Origin: a virus
Direction: 5' to 3' (one strand)
IMG/VR virus record: IMGVR_UViG_3300027743_000001
Coordinates: 22,543-86,542 of that record
Length of the DNA stretch: 64,000 bases
In this document: positions 40,469 to 51,042 of the stretch, one piece after another
How positions within the stretch are numbered: the first letter of the stretch is position 1
Layout of the letters: the number at the start of each line of letters is the position of its first letter
Notes under the pieces: model-generated
Told to the model about the DNA's origin: nothing
Seen by the model: only the letters and a program-made list of their open reading frames with translations
Databases searched by the model: none
Program-made: the position numbers and the translations under genes

Positions 40469-41994
40469 ATGACCAAGACAGAGATCGACGAGCAGCGGGA
40501 CGAGATCCTCCGGGACGCGCTGGATCAGTACGTGACCAACATCGACCTAGAAGATGAAGAGACTTCGCTGGCCGACCGCGTGAGGTACAACGTCGCCTCC
40601 GCCATGCTGGACGAGCTGAACAACGCTTTCGTGGTCAGGATGGGCGCGCTGTGAACGAGCTACTTCTCCGGTCCGTGAGCGGCAACCGGACCCACATCTA
40701 CTCCCGCGAGACGGGCACGCGGTTCGGCCGCCGCTACATCGCGGTGTGCGGCGCCGCGATGTTCTCGTTGGCGGCAACCGGCCCGGTGGCAGACTGCCCC
40801 CGGTGCCTGGCAAAGAAGGGCGCAGCATGAACTACGCGATGTCGTCGACCGGGCTTTTCCACCTGGTTGACAAGGGAGCAGCGGCAACCCTGTGCGGCTC
40901 GGCCGTGGTGTGGGAGGTCTCGCAGATCAAGCACGAGACGGACGCCGTCGTGTCGGAGCGCCACCCGATCCAGGATGAACAGGCGCTGGACTGGCTGGCC
41001 GAGCACCCCTGGGATCTGTGCCGCACCTGCAAGGCGGCGGCGCCGTGAGCGGGCTGGTGCACGTCGACTACCCGCACGAGCCGGGATATCTCTACGACTG
41101 TCCCGCGTGCGAGCGGGAGTGCAACTGTCCGGTGATGCAAGACGACATGATCTGTCTACACTGCTCTATCATCGTTATCCGCGAGATGGGGATGGCCAGC
41201 AATGACTAACGGCTACAGCTACGCGATGTCCGGCACCGGGCTGTTCCACCACCTGGTGTTCCCGGACCGAACCCGTTGCGGCATCCGCCGGGTGGGGGAC
41301 GTTCCTCAGCAGACCTCAGACGAGCAGGCCAACAGTTGGCTTGCGCGCTACCCGCACGATCTGTGTCTGGCGTGCAAGAGGCTGGCCCGGGAACAGGGTG
41401 TGGCATGACCAACCTCTACGAAACCCTGCACCTGCGCTACGAACGCGGGTCATTCGTGGCAACCGTGCACAGGAAGATGACCGGCCGCCGGCCGTACTTT
41501 ATCGAGGTGGTTGACACGGGCACGGGAGACAAGAGCGTGTACGCGACAGACCTCAGTCGGGACGGCATGCGTATGGCCGTGGCCCGGATGCGGGCCGCCG
41601 GCTGGCGTTGGGCGCCGTCCGTTGGGCCGTGGTCGGGATGACACACGTGCCGCCGGCCGCTGAGCTGCTGGCCGAGAACGTCAAGCTCCAGCAGGAGTTG
41701 CTCCGGGCACAGCAGGAGCTGCTCCGGGCACACGGGCTGCTCCGGCGGTTCGCCTCGGGGAACTACAACTTCCGCGCGTTGCGTCAGCTGTGCGAGGAAG
41801 CAGAATCGCTGGTGTCCGGGGCCGGGGCTTGGGTCTACGGCGCCGGCAACTCGTACGCCGATCTCGATGAACGGGTGGGTGTCAACCGGCAGGTCGTTGT
41901 CAACCAGGACGGGAAACCGAGCGTGTTGCATACGCCCAAGAATCCTGTCGAGGGCTGTCGGGGTTGCCGGGAGAACGGGTGGGCGGGGGCTTAG
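40469..41994 (+). other. Coupled small genes, several Cys/His-rich (incl. paralogs 40828-41048 and 41202-41408)
   Basis: Leaderless start after TTGACA-17-TACTAT; GTGA/ATGA overlaps. Confidence 0.6.
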
Positions 41995-42003
41995 AATGCC
42001 GGC

Positions 42004-42549
42004 ATGAAACGCTCACTTGCGGTTATCGCGTCCGTAATCCTCCTACTTCTTGCTTTCGCTGTGCCGGCCGCTGGGGGCGGGCGCGTCGTCTGCCCTGGTG
42101 CCGCCGGCTTCCCGTCGTCCTCGCTCGCTAAGACGGGGGTGGGGGAGTCGTCGGCCCAGCTCGTGTCCGTGGTCGCTTCTCACGGGACGTGTTGGGACAG
42201 GATCACCTTCACATTTTCGGGTCCTGTGGTTCGCGGCTACCGCGTCGCCTACGAGACCGCCTTCACTCAGGGCCGTGGACTGCCGATGAACGGGTTTGTC
42301 GGGGGCGGGGAGCGGCTCAACGTCGTCCTGAACGGCCATGCCACGACCAACTACGCGATTCCGGTTGGTTCGCACGCCGCGTTCGGGCCGTCCTTGACCT
42401 TCCGCACGTTCCGGGACGGCATGTACGGCGGGACGTTCGAGGGCCGCACCACGTTCTGCGTCGGGGTACGCGCGCGACTGCCCATGCGGGTGATCGTGGC
42501 CACCTCGCCGCCCCGGATCATCGTGGATGTGCTGCACCTCTGGCCGTAG
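42004..42549 (+). CDS. Secreted AMIN-like domain protein
   Basis: Signal peptide; CWDRITFTF...YRVAY...TFEGRTTFCVGV...RIIVDV. Confidence 0.7.
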   Translation: MKRSLAVIASVILLLLAFAVPAAGGGRVVCPGAAGFPSSSLAKTGVGESSAQLVSVVASHGTCWDRITFTFSGPVVRGYRVAYETAFTQGRGLPMNGFVGGGERLNVVLNGHATTNYAIPVGSHAAFGPSLTFRTFRDGMYGGTFEGRTTFCVGVRARLPMRVIVATSPPRIIVDVLHLWP

Positions 42550-42641
42550 GTGTGGGTTGCGGGTTGTTGACACCCTGTGTATACTTCAACATGTGCCGGC
42601 AAGTAGCTGGACAAATTTCCTGACTAGACGGGAAGCAGTAA

Positions 42642-44723
42642 ATGGAATTCTCATACGACATGTGTAAGCCCATGGGTGTCAGCAACCACTACATGGACGT
42701 TCAGCTCCGGTACCTCACGGTGGCCCCCTTGCAGTGGGCACGTGAGTTGATGGTCAACTCCCACCAGGCCGGCGCCAAGGAGATCAAGTTCACCACGGAG
42801 TGGGTCGGCGCCAAGGAGCAGGGTATCCACCGCCGCGTTGTGGTCGATGACGGCCGTGGCATGACCGGCGAGGAGCTGGTGAACTTCTTCAACTCCTGGG
42901 GCAACAGCGGCCAGCAGATCGGCGGCACCTTCGGCAACTTCGGTATCGGCGCTAAGCTCTCGCTGCTGCCGTGGAACAAGTACGGCCTGATCGTGATCTC
43001 CCGGTCCGAGTTGACTCCGGATGAGACCAACATGATCTGGTTGTTCTTCCAGGAGGGCACTGACAAGCACGAACCTCGGTTCGGCGTCCGTCTCTTGAAC
43101 CAGAGCGTCACTGAGGCTCCCGACATGGTTGACACCATCAACTTGGATGAGTGGGAGGACTACCCTGCTACTCCTCTCAACGGCCTTGACATGGTGTCGG
43201 TGGCCAAGTCCGCTCTAGGTACCCGTCCGCACGGGACCGCCGTTCTGATGCTCGGAGGTTCGCCTGATGAGCACACCATCAAGGGCGACCCGACGCGCGA
43301 CGCGGAGAGCAGCAAGTATGCCATCGAGCAGTATTTCTCGAACCGCTTCATGAACCAGTTCCCGAACCTGAAAGTCTCGGTCGGAACGTACGCTGCCTAC
43401 ACCATCGGGACGGGCGACAACAAGCGGTACAACGTAGCTGGCTGGCCTACGTCTCCGTCCTCTGATCTCTACAACGAGCGGTACAACCTGGCTTCCCTGG
43501 CTGAGGCCATCGAGAAGTCCGGCGGGAAATCCAGCAAGAATCCAGACCGGGAGATCGTGTCCGGCGAGATGATCATCCCGCGCGGCGGGAACATCCGGTT
43601 GGGAGCCAAGATCCGTTGGTACATGTCAACCGGCTCTGAGGTCGGCAGTGCCTCTGGCCAGCACGACTCCGGCCAGCGCGGCGACATGGTCGGTCTCCCG
43701 ATCACGGCCACGATCTTTGAGGACAAGCAGGGTCTGCCCGGAGTCGTTGAGGTGTTCAACCTTGAGGCTCGCGGCGCGGTCGGGTCCGGCAACACTGCCA
43801 AGTCCGTGGCGGAGAAAGCGATGACCCGCTGGATCCCGCTGAAGGATGTGGGCAAGCGGTGCGCCATCATCGTGGAGCCGCTTCAGGATGAGGACGCGAC
43901 GGTTTTCGTGGAGCACACGCGCCGTTACCTCAACTACTCCGTTGGTGGATCCTCCGAGCACATGCCGATGACTGACTGGATCAGCTACTGGCGTGAGAAC
44001 ATGCCTGAGCCGATCCGCCAGGCCATCAAGGAGTTCTACAGCAAGGCGGCCGGGGAGTCTTCCCCCGAGATCGATCACGTCGCGCTGAGTCTGGATTACC
44101 TGCCGTACCTCAAGGCGGAGGGCTTCCGCTGGAAGCCGACCAGCAGCAGCACCGCTGTGTCGATGACGGCCGACGTCATCCCCCATGGCAAGCGCAAGGC
44201 CCCGGCGGCTGAGCCTAAGTCCGTTGTGGACCCTGAGCGCATCCTCCGGACCCGCAAGGACAACGAGAGCCAGGGCGACAACAAGGCTGAGCTGAAGCGC
44301 GCAACCGGTGGCCTGGTTCAGGTGGATATCCTCCCGCGTGGTGTCGGAGAATGGGCAGTCACCTACGATGATGTCAACGGTGTAGCTCTGGTCAACTCCG
44401 ACTCCCGGTCCTACCAGCGGCTGTGGAATCGGATGGTCAACAAGCTGGAAGCGCAGGGCAAGATCTGCGGGGACGACGACGACAAGCTGCCCCTTGTCCG
44501 GATGGGCATGAATCAGGCTGTCATGACCCACATCACCCTGGCCGTGACCGAGATCCTGATGTCGGCTAAGGAACGCCCGGAGGACAAAGACGATATTCTT
44601 TCGTCCGCCGCCCTCTCCAACTGCTTCAAGGGGATCCGTGCAATAGAGGAGCTGGCCTCCGGCTACGTCGGGCACCGCCTGGCGGGTCGCGGGCTCAAGG
44701 CTAAGGCGGGTGGCAAGTCATGA
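42642..44723 (+). CDS. GHKL (MORC/HSP90-like) ATPase
   Basis: RELMVNS, VVDDGRGM, GNFGIGAK and HGT motifs. Confidence 0.8.
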   Translation: MEFSYDMCKPMGVSNHYMDVQLRYLTVAPLQWARELMVNSHQAGAKEIKFTTEWVGAKEQGIHRRVVVDDGRGMTGEELVNFFNSWGNSGQQIGGTFGNFGIGAKLSLLPWNKYGLIVISRSELTPDETNMIWLFFQEGTDKHEPRFGVRLLNQSVTEAPDMVDTINLDEWEDYPATPLNGLDMVSVAKSALGTRPHGTAVLMLGGSPDEHTIKGDPTRDAESSKYAIEQYFSNRFMNQFPNLKVSVGTYAAYTIGTGDNKRYNVAGWPTSPSSDLYNERYNLASLAEAIEKSGGKSSKNPDREIVSGEMIIPRGGNIRLGAKIRWYMSTGSEVGSASGQHDSGQRGDMVGLPITATIFEDKQGLPGVVEVFNLEARGAVGSGNTAKSVAEKAMTRWIPLKDVGKRCAIIVEPLQDEDATVFVEHTRRYLNYSVGGSSEHMPMTDWISYWRENMPEPIRQAIKEFYSKAAGESSPEIDHVALSLDYLPYLKAEGFRWKPTSSSTAVSMTADVIPHGKRKAPAAEPKSVVDPERILRTRKDNESQGDNKAELKRATGGLVQVDILPRGVGEWAVTYDDVNGVALVNSDSRSYQRLWNRMVNKLEAQGKICGDDDDKLPLVRMGMNQAVMTHITLAVTEILMSAKERPEDKDDILSSAALSNCFKGIRAIEELASGYVGHRLAGRGLKAKAGGKS

Positions 44724-44932
44724 CCACAGAAAAGAGCCGCGAGGTTCGCATACGCAGGCAGCTGGCCAAGCAGGGCGAGGCGATACTGAGGAAGATCCGC
44801 ACCGACAGCCGTTGGTACCACCAGTACGGCCCGTACATGATCGTGGACGACAGCAACTTTGTCATCCACAAAGGTCTTGACCTTGATCAGGCTGAAGCTA
44901 TAGCTGCTGCTGCCAAGGCCGACCGCTCCTGA
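44720..44932 (+). CDS. Small hypothetical protein
   Basis: Coupled between the ATPase and the methyltransferase. Confidence 0.6.
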   Translation: MTTEKSREVRIRRQLAKQGEAILRKIRTDSRWYHQYGPYMIVDDSNFVIHKGLDLDQAEAIAAAAKADRS

Positions 44933-45738
44933 TGAGTAGCGGCAAGTACGACCCCGTCAACCCTGTAGCGTTCGGCGCCCCTGTGCGGGCGCCGAACGCC
45001 GGGGTTGGTGGCGCAGATGGAGATCCGCTGGTGCTGTCCGCCGTGGTCGGCGCTAATCATGACCTGGTCTCCGAGGTGATGCGCCTGTGGGTGCGCCCGG
45101 GGGACTTCGTGGTTGACATGACCTGGGGGCAGGGCGCGTTCTGGTCGGGTAACCCCAAACAGCCCGACATCCGAATGGACATCGCTCCTACGGCCGCGCA
45201 GCTCGCAGACGGCGTGCTCGCCCGGGACTGTCGTGCTACCGGGTTGGCTTCCCGCTCAGCAGACGTCGTGGCGTTCGATCCGCCCTACCGTGCCTCGCAT
45301 GGCGGGTCGCTCGGTCAGGGCGCCTACTCCGGCTACCGGCTCGGCGGCTCTCTGGACTCAATCAACGACGTGCTGGACCTCTACCGCCTTGGAATCAAGG
45401 AAGGCGCCCGCCTGCTGCGCCCGGGGGGCCGGCTGTTGGTCAAGTGCCAGGACCTCACCTACTCCAGCTCGCTGCACCTGGTGCACCTCGACATCCTGCG
45501 CTACATGGTTGACGCCGGTCTGGAGCTGGCCGACATGTTCGTGCTGGTGAACCTGTCCCGCCTCGGCCACAACACGCGGGCTGTCAACCAGGGGCACGCG
45601 CGACGTAACCACTCCTACATGCTGGTGGGGGCCAAGCTCTCGGGTCGGGGGTCGGATGAGGCCCAGCTGCTGAAGCTGGTCCGCAAGGTCGGGCTCAGTA
45701 CGCTGCTGGAGATGCTGGACGCGGACGCGGCCCTATAG
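44932..45738 (+). CDS. DNA amino-methyltransferase (N6A/N4C)
   Basis: SAM-binding VVDMTWGQG, catalytic FDPPY and RLLRPGG. Confidence 0.85.
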   Translation: MSSGKYDPVNPVAFGAPVRAPNAGVGGADGDPLVLSAVVGANHDLVSEVMRLWVRPGDFVVDMTWGQGAFWSGNPKQPDIRMDIAPTAAQLADGVLARDCRATGLASRSADVVAFDPPYRASHGGSLGQGAYSGYRLGGSLDSINDVLDLYRLGIKEGARLLRPGGRLLVKCQDLTYSSSLHLVHLDILRYMVDAGLELADMFVLVNLSRLGHNTRAVNQGHARRNHSYMLVGAKLSGRGSDEAQLLKLVRKVGLSTLLEMLDADAAL

Positions 45739-45847
45739 GGGGGTATCGAGAGCGGCGCTTAGGCATTTGCGGGGGTCGATGGGCACGGGAATGTCGTGAG
45801 ACGGGAATGGTGGCCCGGCGACCTGGGGGGTAGGCCGCCTTCCATTC

Positions 45848-45880
45848 CAAAACGAGAGCGCCTCCGGCGCTCTCGTTTTG
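45848..45880. terminator. Bidirectional terminator
   Basis: AAAACGAGAGCGCC-TCC-GGCGCTCTCGTTTT. Confidence 0.7.
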
Positions 45881-46002
45881 GTTGTGGCCCAGCTCACAAA
45901 AATCAGGGCCAAGGCGAGGCCCTTTTCGTTGACATGTGTTGAGATTGCAGCTAGGCTAGGGACATCAGGCAGGACAAGCACTCAAGAGAAAGAGGCTCAG
46001 AG

Positions 46003-46755
46003 ATGCAAGAGCACAAGCAACTAGACGAGATGACAGAGAAGCAGGAAGCTTATCTCAATGCCCTGCTTGCATCTCGCGTCTGCCCCTCGCAGGTTCAGGG
46101 AGAGCACGACTTCCTCAAGGCCCTGTCTGTCAAGCCTGACAAGCAGACTGCCACGCGCTGGATCAGTGCCCTTGCCTCTGCTCCCTACGTGCCCAAGGCT
46201 TACGGTGCACAGGCTGCAGCTCCTGCCCCTGCTCCTGCCCCTGCTCCTGTGTCAACCTACGTCCCGGCCAGTGTGTCCGGCGGCGCGCACGTCACCGTAA
46301 AGCCTTACGGTGCAGACCTCCCCGCCGTTACGGTGCAGCCCGCTGCCCCCGTTAGCAAGTGGGCGCAGTTCGAGGCCCTGCCGCTGGGGTACTACACCGT
46401 AAGCGGTTCGTACTACAGCTACGGTGACACAGGCGTTGCGGTGTACCTGGTCAGCATGCAGAAGAAAAAATACGGTGCACCCCGCAAGATCGTGCGGCGG
46501 TTGTGGCGCTCGTACGAAGGCAAGCCCAAGTGGCAGACCCTGAGCTACGTGAGCGGCCTTCAGGCTATCGGTGCACAGTCGCCGGTTGACATCGCCACCG
46601 TAGCCAAGCTGGGGCTGAACTTTGGCTTCTGCTGCTGCTGCCTCCGGACCCTGACCGACCCGTTCTCGGTTGCCAACGGTATCGGCCCGGTGTGCGCCAA
46701 GACCTGGGGTTACACCCCGGCCACGGCGCTTACGACCCCCGAGTGGACTATCTAG
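46003..46755 (+). CDS. DUF6011-like zinc-finger protein
   Basis: CCCCLRTLTDPFSVANGIGPVCA; N-terminal TEKQEAYL..L motif. Confidence 0.75.
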   Translation: MQEHKQLDEMTEKQEAYLNALLASRVCPSQVQGEHDFLKALSVKPDKQTATRWISALASAPYVPKAYGAQAAAPAPAPAPAPVSTYVPASVSGGAHVTVKPYGADLPAVTVQPAAPVSKWAQFEALPLGYYTVSGSYYSYGDTGVAVYLVSMQKKKYGAPRKIVRRLWRSYEGKPKWQTLSYVSGLQAIGAQSPVDIATVAKLGLNFGFCCCCLRTLTDPFSVANGIGPVCAKTWGYTPATALTTPEWTI

Positions 46756-46858
46756 CAGGTACGGGGTGTGGCCCACGCCACACCCCTGCCGTTGGCACTC
46801 GTTGACATACGGTGCTATGGTTACAGAGTAAGAGCGGCCACCACAACGGGGAGTCATC

Positions 46859-47047
46859 ATGAGCTACGCAGTCGGGGACATCATCAAGTACAAGACCTTC
46901 GGCGGGTACGAGACCCGGACCGTGCGGGTCACCGCCAAGTACGACGACGTGAAGAACGGCCGGCCGGGATTCGACGGCATGGCCGGGGAGCAGCCCGTGT
47001 GGGGTTACGACGACCAGATCGTAATGCCTGAGCGGTACCGCTTCTAA
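46859..47047 (+). CDS. Small SH3-fold-like hypothetical protein
   Basis: Own promoter, RBS and terminator; YAVGDII. Confidence 0.6.
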   Translation: MSYAVGDIIKYKTFGGYETRTVRVTAKYDDVKNGRPGFDGMAGEQPVWGYDDQIVMPERYRF

Positions 47048-47186
47048 GTCCCGGTTGACAGGCCGCCCCACGGGGGCGGCCTTTTTTGTGGCCCACGCCA
47101 CACTCCCCGTGTTGGCATCCGTTGACAAGAGCAGCTAGACTAGAGATGCGCGGCCGGCCGGTCGCCCCTCCCGGAAGGAGCCCGTC

Positions 47187-47369
47187 ATGAAGAACCACCT
47201 CGCAGAGACCACCGCCGCCACCGTGTGGCGCAACGGGGACCGTGCCGAGGCCCTGGCCACCCTCCGCCGGTGCGGCTACCACGAAGGCGCCGTGTGGCAG
47301 TGGCTCACCGGCCGGATGGGGTTCGGCTCGGCCATGGCAGTCACTCTGGCCGCCCGGTACGGCGCGTGA
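47187..47369 (+). CDS. Small hypothetical protein
   Basis: Own promoter and RBS AAGGAG. Confidence 0.55.
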   Translation: MKNHLAETTAATVWRNGDRAEALATLRRCGYHEGAVWQWLTGRMGFGSAMAVTLAARYGA

Positions 47370-47624
47370 GCGGCCCGCTCCCGGCCCCACCGGCTGCCGC
47401 CCGCCCGCCACACGCAGGAAGGTTCGCCCCAAACGTGAACAACGCGGCAATAGAGGCCCTTTTCCGACGCTCGCCCGTCCCGCTGGAGGAGCCCGCCCGC
47501 CGCGCAGCTCGTACGGCCGCCCGCAGTGGCGTTGAAATAGCGCCGCTAGTGGCACTCAGCGCCACGCTGGCGCTCTCACGCGGCTCGCGGGTAGTCCAGC
47601 TGGGGGATTGGGACCACGCTGTGG

Positions 47625-48041
47625 TCACGAGCCTTCTCCGCCGCCTCGATTGGGGCACTGGCAACCCTCGCAGTGGACCTGAGCGGCAGGATCCAGCGGC
47701 GCGATGAGCGCCTGAATCAGCCGCAACGCACCCGGACCCGTCCGAACCCCCTTGATCAGCGTGTCCGCCGCGTCCGAGAGGCCGCGAGCGAGCTTGTCAA
47801 CCGCCTGTTGCCCGATTGGGGACGCGATCGCCTCGGTAACCAGGTCCTTCGCCGGCATGATCGGCGGTTTCTCCAGCTGGAGTGGCTCGGTTCGGATGAT
47901 CTTGCGGCGATTTGGGCTGTGAGCGGCGCAAAGTCCCGTCTGTCCTATTGCTATACCGGCGCACTCAGCCCGACCACCACGTTGCCCCGTGCACCCGTTC
48001 GGTCCCACGACCCACGCACCAATGCCCGACAGTGACGCCAA
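47625..48041 (-). CDS. CCCH zinc-finger hypothetical protein
   Basis: CTG...C...LCAAH plus HCEGCQC. Confidence 0.5.
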   Translation of the reverse strand: MASLSGIGAWVVGPNGCTGQRGGRAECAGIAIGQTGLCAAHSPNRRKIIRTEPLQLEKPPIMPAKDLVTEAIASPIGQQAVDKLARGLSDAADTLIKGVRTGPGALRLIQALIAPLDPAAQVHCEGCQCPNRGGGEGS

Positions 48042-48293
48042 TGTACGATATTACCGAATCCTACCCACATGCTCCCAGACCCAGACCCCCATCCTACCAA
48101 GATCACTCCCAGTGCTCCCGATACCTGGCCCGTCCTGCCACCGGCTCCACGGTCTCCACGAGATCCCACGCCCCGTTGGCCCGGTCCCACCGAACCCGGT
48201 ACCGACGCCCGGTCACCCAGGCCCGCCGCGAAGCCTCCGCGACCGCATCCTCGAACGTCATGAACCAAGCCATGATCCACTCCCAAATCACGT

Positions 48294-48488
48294 GTCTAAC
48301 GTCTAACACTGTCTAACAGTAGCGGCTCCCCCCGTCTACATCCCTATATACGGAAGGGTCAAATAACATTTATTAAGATTAATATACGCTGGTCACCCCC
48401 CTTTATTGATGATCAAGGATTAATCACCGGTTCATTTTGATCTTGCCATTTTGACAGGCCCCCGACGTTAGACGGTTAGACGTTAGAC
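48294..48488. repeat. Candidate replication origin: AT-rich core flanked by 3x GTCTAAC and 3x GTTAGAC
   Basis: Repeats at 48294, 48301, 48311 and inverted copies at 48467, 48475, 48482; adjacent to the primase gene. Confidence 0.65.
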
Positions 48489-48498
48489 GCAACACCCA

Positions 48499-51042
48499 TC
48501 AATGTCCCGTGCCCTCCGGCAGGCCATACCGGACCGCGCCGCCGTCTTCTTGGATCTTGACAAGCCACTTCTCCCGCAGCGCATGCAACAGCGCCGGCTC
48601 CACGAACGTCGACCCGTCCCGGCCCAGGCCCTTCTGTAGGTCGCGCCGCGTGCACGGCCCTTTCCGGCCGACCAGAGCCACCAGACGCTGCGCGCAGCTG
48701 GTTACCTTGTTCGGAGCCTGCTTGACCGCCACGTGTGCCGCCACGGCCCTGTCTGCGAACTCCTGTTTCTTCTCGTCAGACTCTTGGATCTTGTACTGAC
48801 TGGCCAGGTGGAGCAGATCGTCGCGATCCTGACACGAGACCGACCACACCAGCTTGGCCAGCTCCCAGTCTTCAGCTCCCACATGCTCCCGGCCGACCGC
48901 GAGCACCATGACCACCGCGATCTTGCAGAGCGTGACCATCTTGTGCGAGTCGAAGTCGGAGACCGAGCCCGAGCCCATGTCAACCGCCCGGCCGCGCTCT
49001 GCCCGCAGCTTCTCCTGCCGCCACTCACGCAGCTCCCGCGTGATCTCCTCCGCGAACGTGACTATCCCCGGACAGTTGGCCGGGCCGCCCTCCAGATCTA
49101 TGAACCCCTCGCCCGGCCAGTTCGGCAGGTCCCCAAGCGCAGGGGCGAACGGGTTGTTGACCCACCCGTACAGGAAGCGCTGAGGCGTACCCAGCCCCAC
49201 CTCAGCCGCTAGATGCCGGGCCACGTGGGGTTGGAGGTAGAGCACCAGGCCGGTATGCAGCATGCCGGCCGGCACCAGCCGCGTTGTGTCCTGACTAGCG
49301 TTGGCCTGACCTATCGTCGACCCCGACCAGGCCGCCCGGAGGTAGGCCATAGTCGTGGACGCTTTGCGCTCTTGTGCCTTGAAGATCGCTTCTGCCTCAT
49401 CTGAGTTGAAAAAGACGTTATAGCGAACCTGCTCACGCACCACCTTCGCCGGAGCCCCCGCGCCGGCCGCGATCTCCCGCTTGCCCATGACTGACTCGGC
49501 CACGCCTTCCCCGGAACCCAGGCCGATGCCGTCGTAGAAAGCGCCCTCCGCACGCAGCCGAGCAGGGGTCTTGATCAACCCACGGGCCACGTTGTAGAGG
49601 ATCGACTTGCCGTCTGCCGAGTCCCCCGCCAGCACCACGAACAGGTTAGGCGTACCAATGCCACCGAACCCCGAGCGGAACTTACGTTCGTGATGGATCA
49701 TGCTGGAGAGCCGAGCCAGCTGGAACAGGAAGGTTGCCTTAGGCCCAGCCATCTCAGCCTCAGCTGCCTGTTTGACCTTGGCCCAGATCTCATGCGAGCG
49801 CCACACCGGCTCCAGTGGATCTTGTGACACCCAGCTAGGCGGAGATTCTCCCGGAGGACCCACGGGAGGACCGGTTGACACGGCCACCTGCTGCCCGGCC
49901 GGCTCCACGACCACGGCCGTGACCACCTGAGCCGCGAGCTTCTTCTGCTCCAGCTGCTCCAGCTTCTCCCGGACCTTGGCCACGGCCGGCACAGCTGGAG
50001 ACAGTTCGTCATCCTCCAGCAGCACATCCTCGCCCAGAGACTCGTACAGCGCCTCCGGCACATCACAAGGATCCGACTCCTCACCGGCCGCCTCCAGTGC
50101 CTCATGCAGCGGCCTCCCGAGAGACCGGCCGAACTCCGCCACGACCCCGCGACTCTCGCCGGCCATGACCAGCTGCCACTCCGCGTACAGCGTCGAGAGC
50201 GCCTCGTGCAGACCGGGATGCCCTTCCTTCCTGAGCCTGCAGAGGTTGAGCTGCGCAGCGATCATGGTGTCGTGCCGCGTGCCGCCGTGTGCGGCGCCGA
50301 GCTTGTCCAGCCACACCCCGAGCGCGGTTGACATGCGATGGCAGGGACCCTCACCGTCCCCGCCACCAGCGAGCCACGCGAGCCCGTCCTCTGCGCCGGC
50401 CCAGTCCTGAGCGTCCGAGGCTGTCTGGCCATGCAGTGCCATGTAAGTCAACAGCTTGACCCGGACGGCCGCCGGCAGCACGGGTATGTCAACCACGCGC
50501 GGGATGCCCACGACCGAGTTGCCCTGCAGCCACTGGTAAGGATTGCCTAACCCCGGGTGAACCGAAGGCCCTACCATCGCGTACCTGTGATGCCGCTGAA
50601 TGACCTCCACGCCCGAGCCAGGCCCGAAGTTGGTAGGCCACCGCGCCGGCTCGGCCAGCCGGTAGAGGTAGATCCCAGAGAGCGAGTCCCACCCACGGGC
50701 GGAAGTCCGGAACGTCTCCGGCAGCCACGCGCCGTCTAACGCTTCCTCTATCGTCTCGGCCCCACGCTTCGCGTCGTAGGCGTCCACGTCTATGCCGATC
50801 ACGTCCGGACCCAGCCGAACGGCCACGTTGTAGGGAGCGCCCCAGTATTCCTCTCGCAGGACCTTGGCCACGTACTTGTCTACGTAGGAGCCATCGTTGC
50901 CGGTCAGATCAGCAGGTACGCCCGTCTTGCCGTCCAGCACAGGGATAGGTGACCACCCGCGCGCAGCATAGGTAAGAGCGACATCAGAGTAAAAACGGGG
51001 TGTTGCGCCTGAGGCGCCACCAGCTACACTACTATCTGTCAC
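48499..51042 (-). CDS. Bifunctional primase-polymerase with C-terminal helicase-like domain
   Basis: YAARGWSPIP, IGIDVD, GPSVHP; Walker-A-like GDSADGKS and DE. Confidence 0.85.
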   Translation of the reverse strand: MTDSSVAGGASGATPRFYSDVALTYAARGWSPIPVLDGKTGVPADLTGNDGSYVDKYVAKVLREEYWGAPYNVAVRLGPDVIGIDVDAYDAKRGAETIEEALDGAWLPETFRTSARGWDSLSGIYLYRLAEPARWPTNFGPGSGVEVIQRHHRYAMVGPSVHPGLGNPYQWLQGNSVVGIPRVVDIPVLPAAVRVKLLTYMALHGQTASDAQDWAGAEDGLAWLAGGGDGEGPCHRMSTALGVWLDKLGAAHGGTRHDTMIAAQLNLCRLRKEGHPGLHEALSTLYAEWQLVMAGESRGVVAEFGRSLGRPLHEALEAAGEESDPCDVPEALYESLGEDVLLEDDELSPAVPAVAKVREKLEQLEQKKLAAQVVTAVVVEPAGQQVAVSTGPPVGPPGESPPSWVSQDPLEPVWRSHEIWAKVKQAAEAEMAGPKATFLFQLARLSSMIHHERKFRSGFGGIGTPNLFVVLAGDSADGKSILYNVARGLIKTPARLRAEGAFYDGIGLGSGEGVAESVMGKREIAAGAGAPAKVVREQVRYNVFFNSDEAEAIFKAQERKASTTMAYLRAAWSGSTIGQANASQDTTRLVPAGMLHTGLVLYLQPHVARHLAAEVGLGTPQRFLYGWVNNPFAPALGDLPNWPGEGFIDLEGGPANCPGIVTFAEEITRELREWRQEKLRAERGRAVDMGSGSVSDFDSHKMVTLCKIAVVMVLAVGREHVGAEDWELAKLVWSVSCQDRDDLLHLASQYKIQESDEKKQEFADRAVAAHVAVKQAPNKVTSCAQRLVALVGRKGPCTRRDLQKGLGRDGSTFVEPALLHALREKWLVKIQEDGGAVRYGLPEGTGH

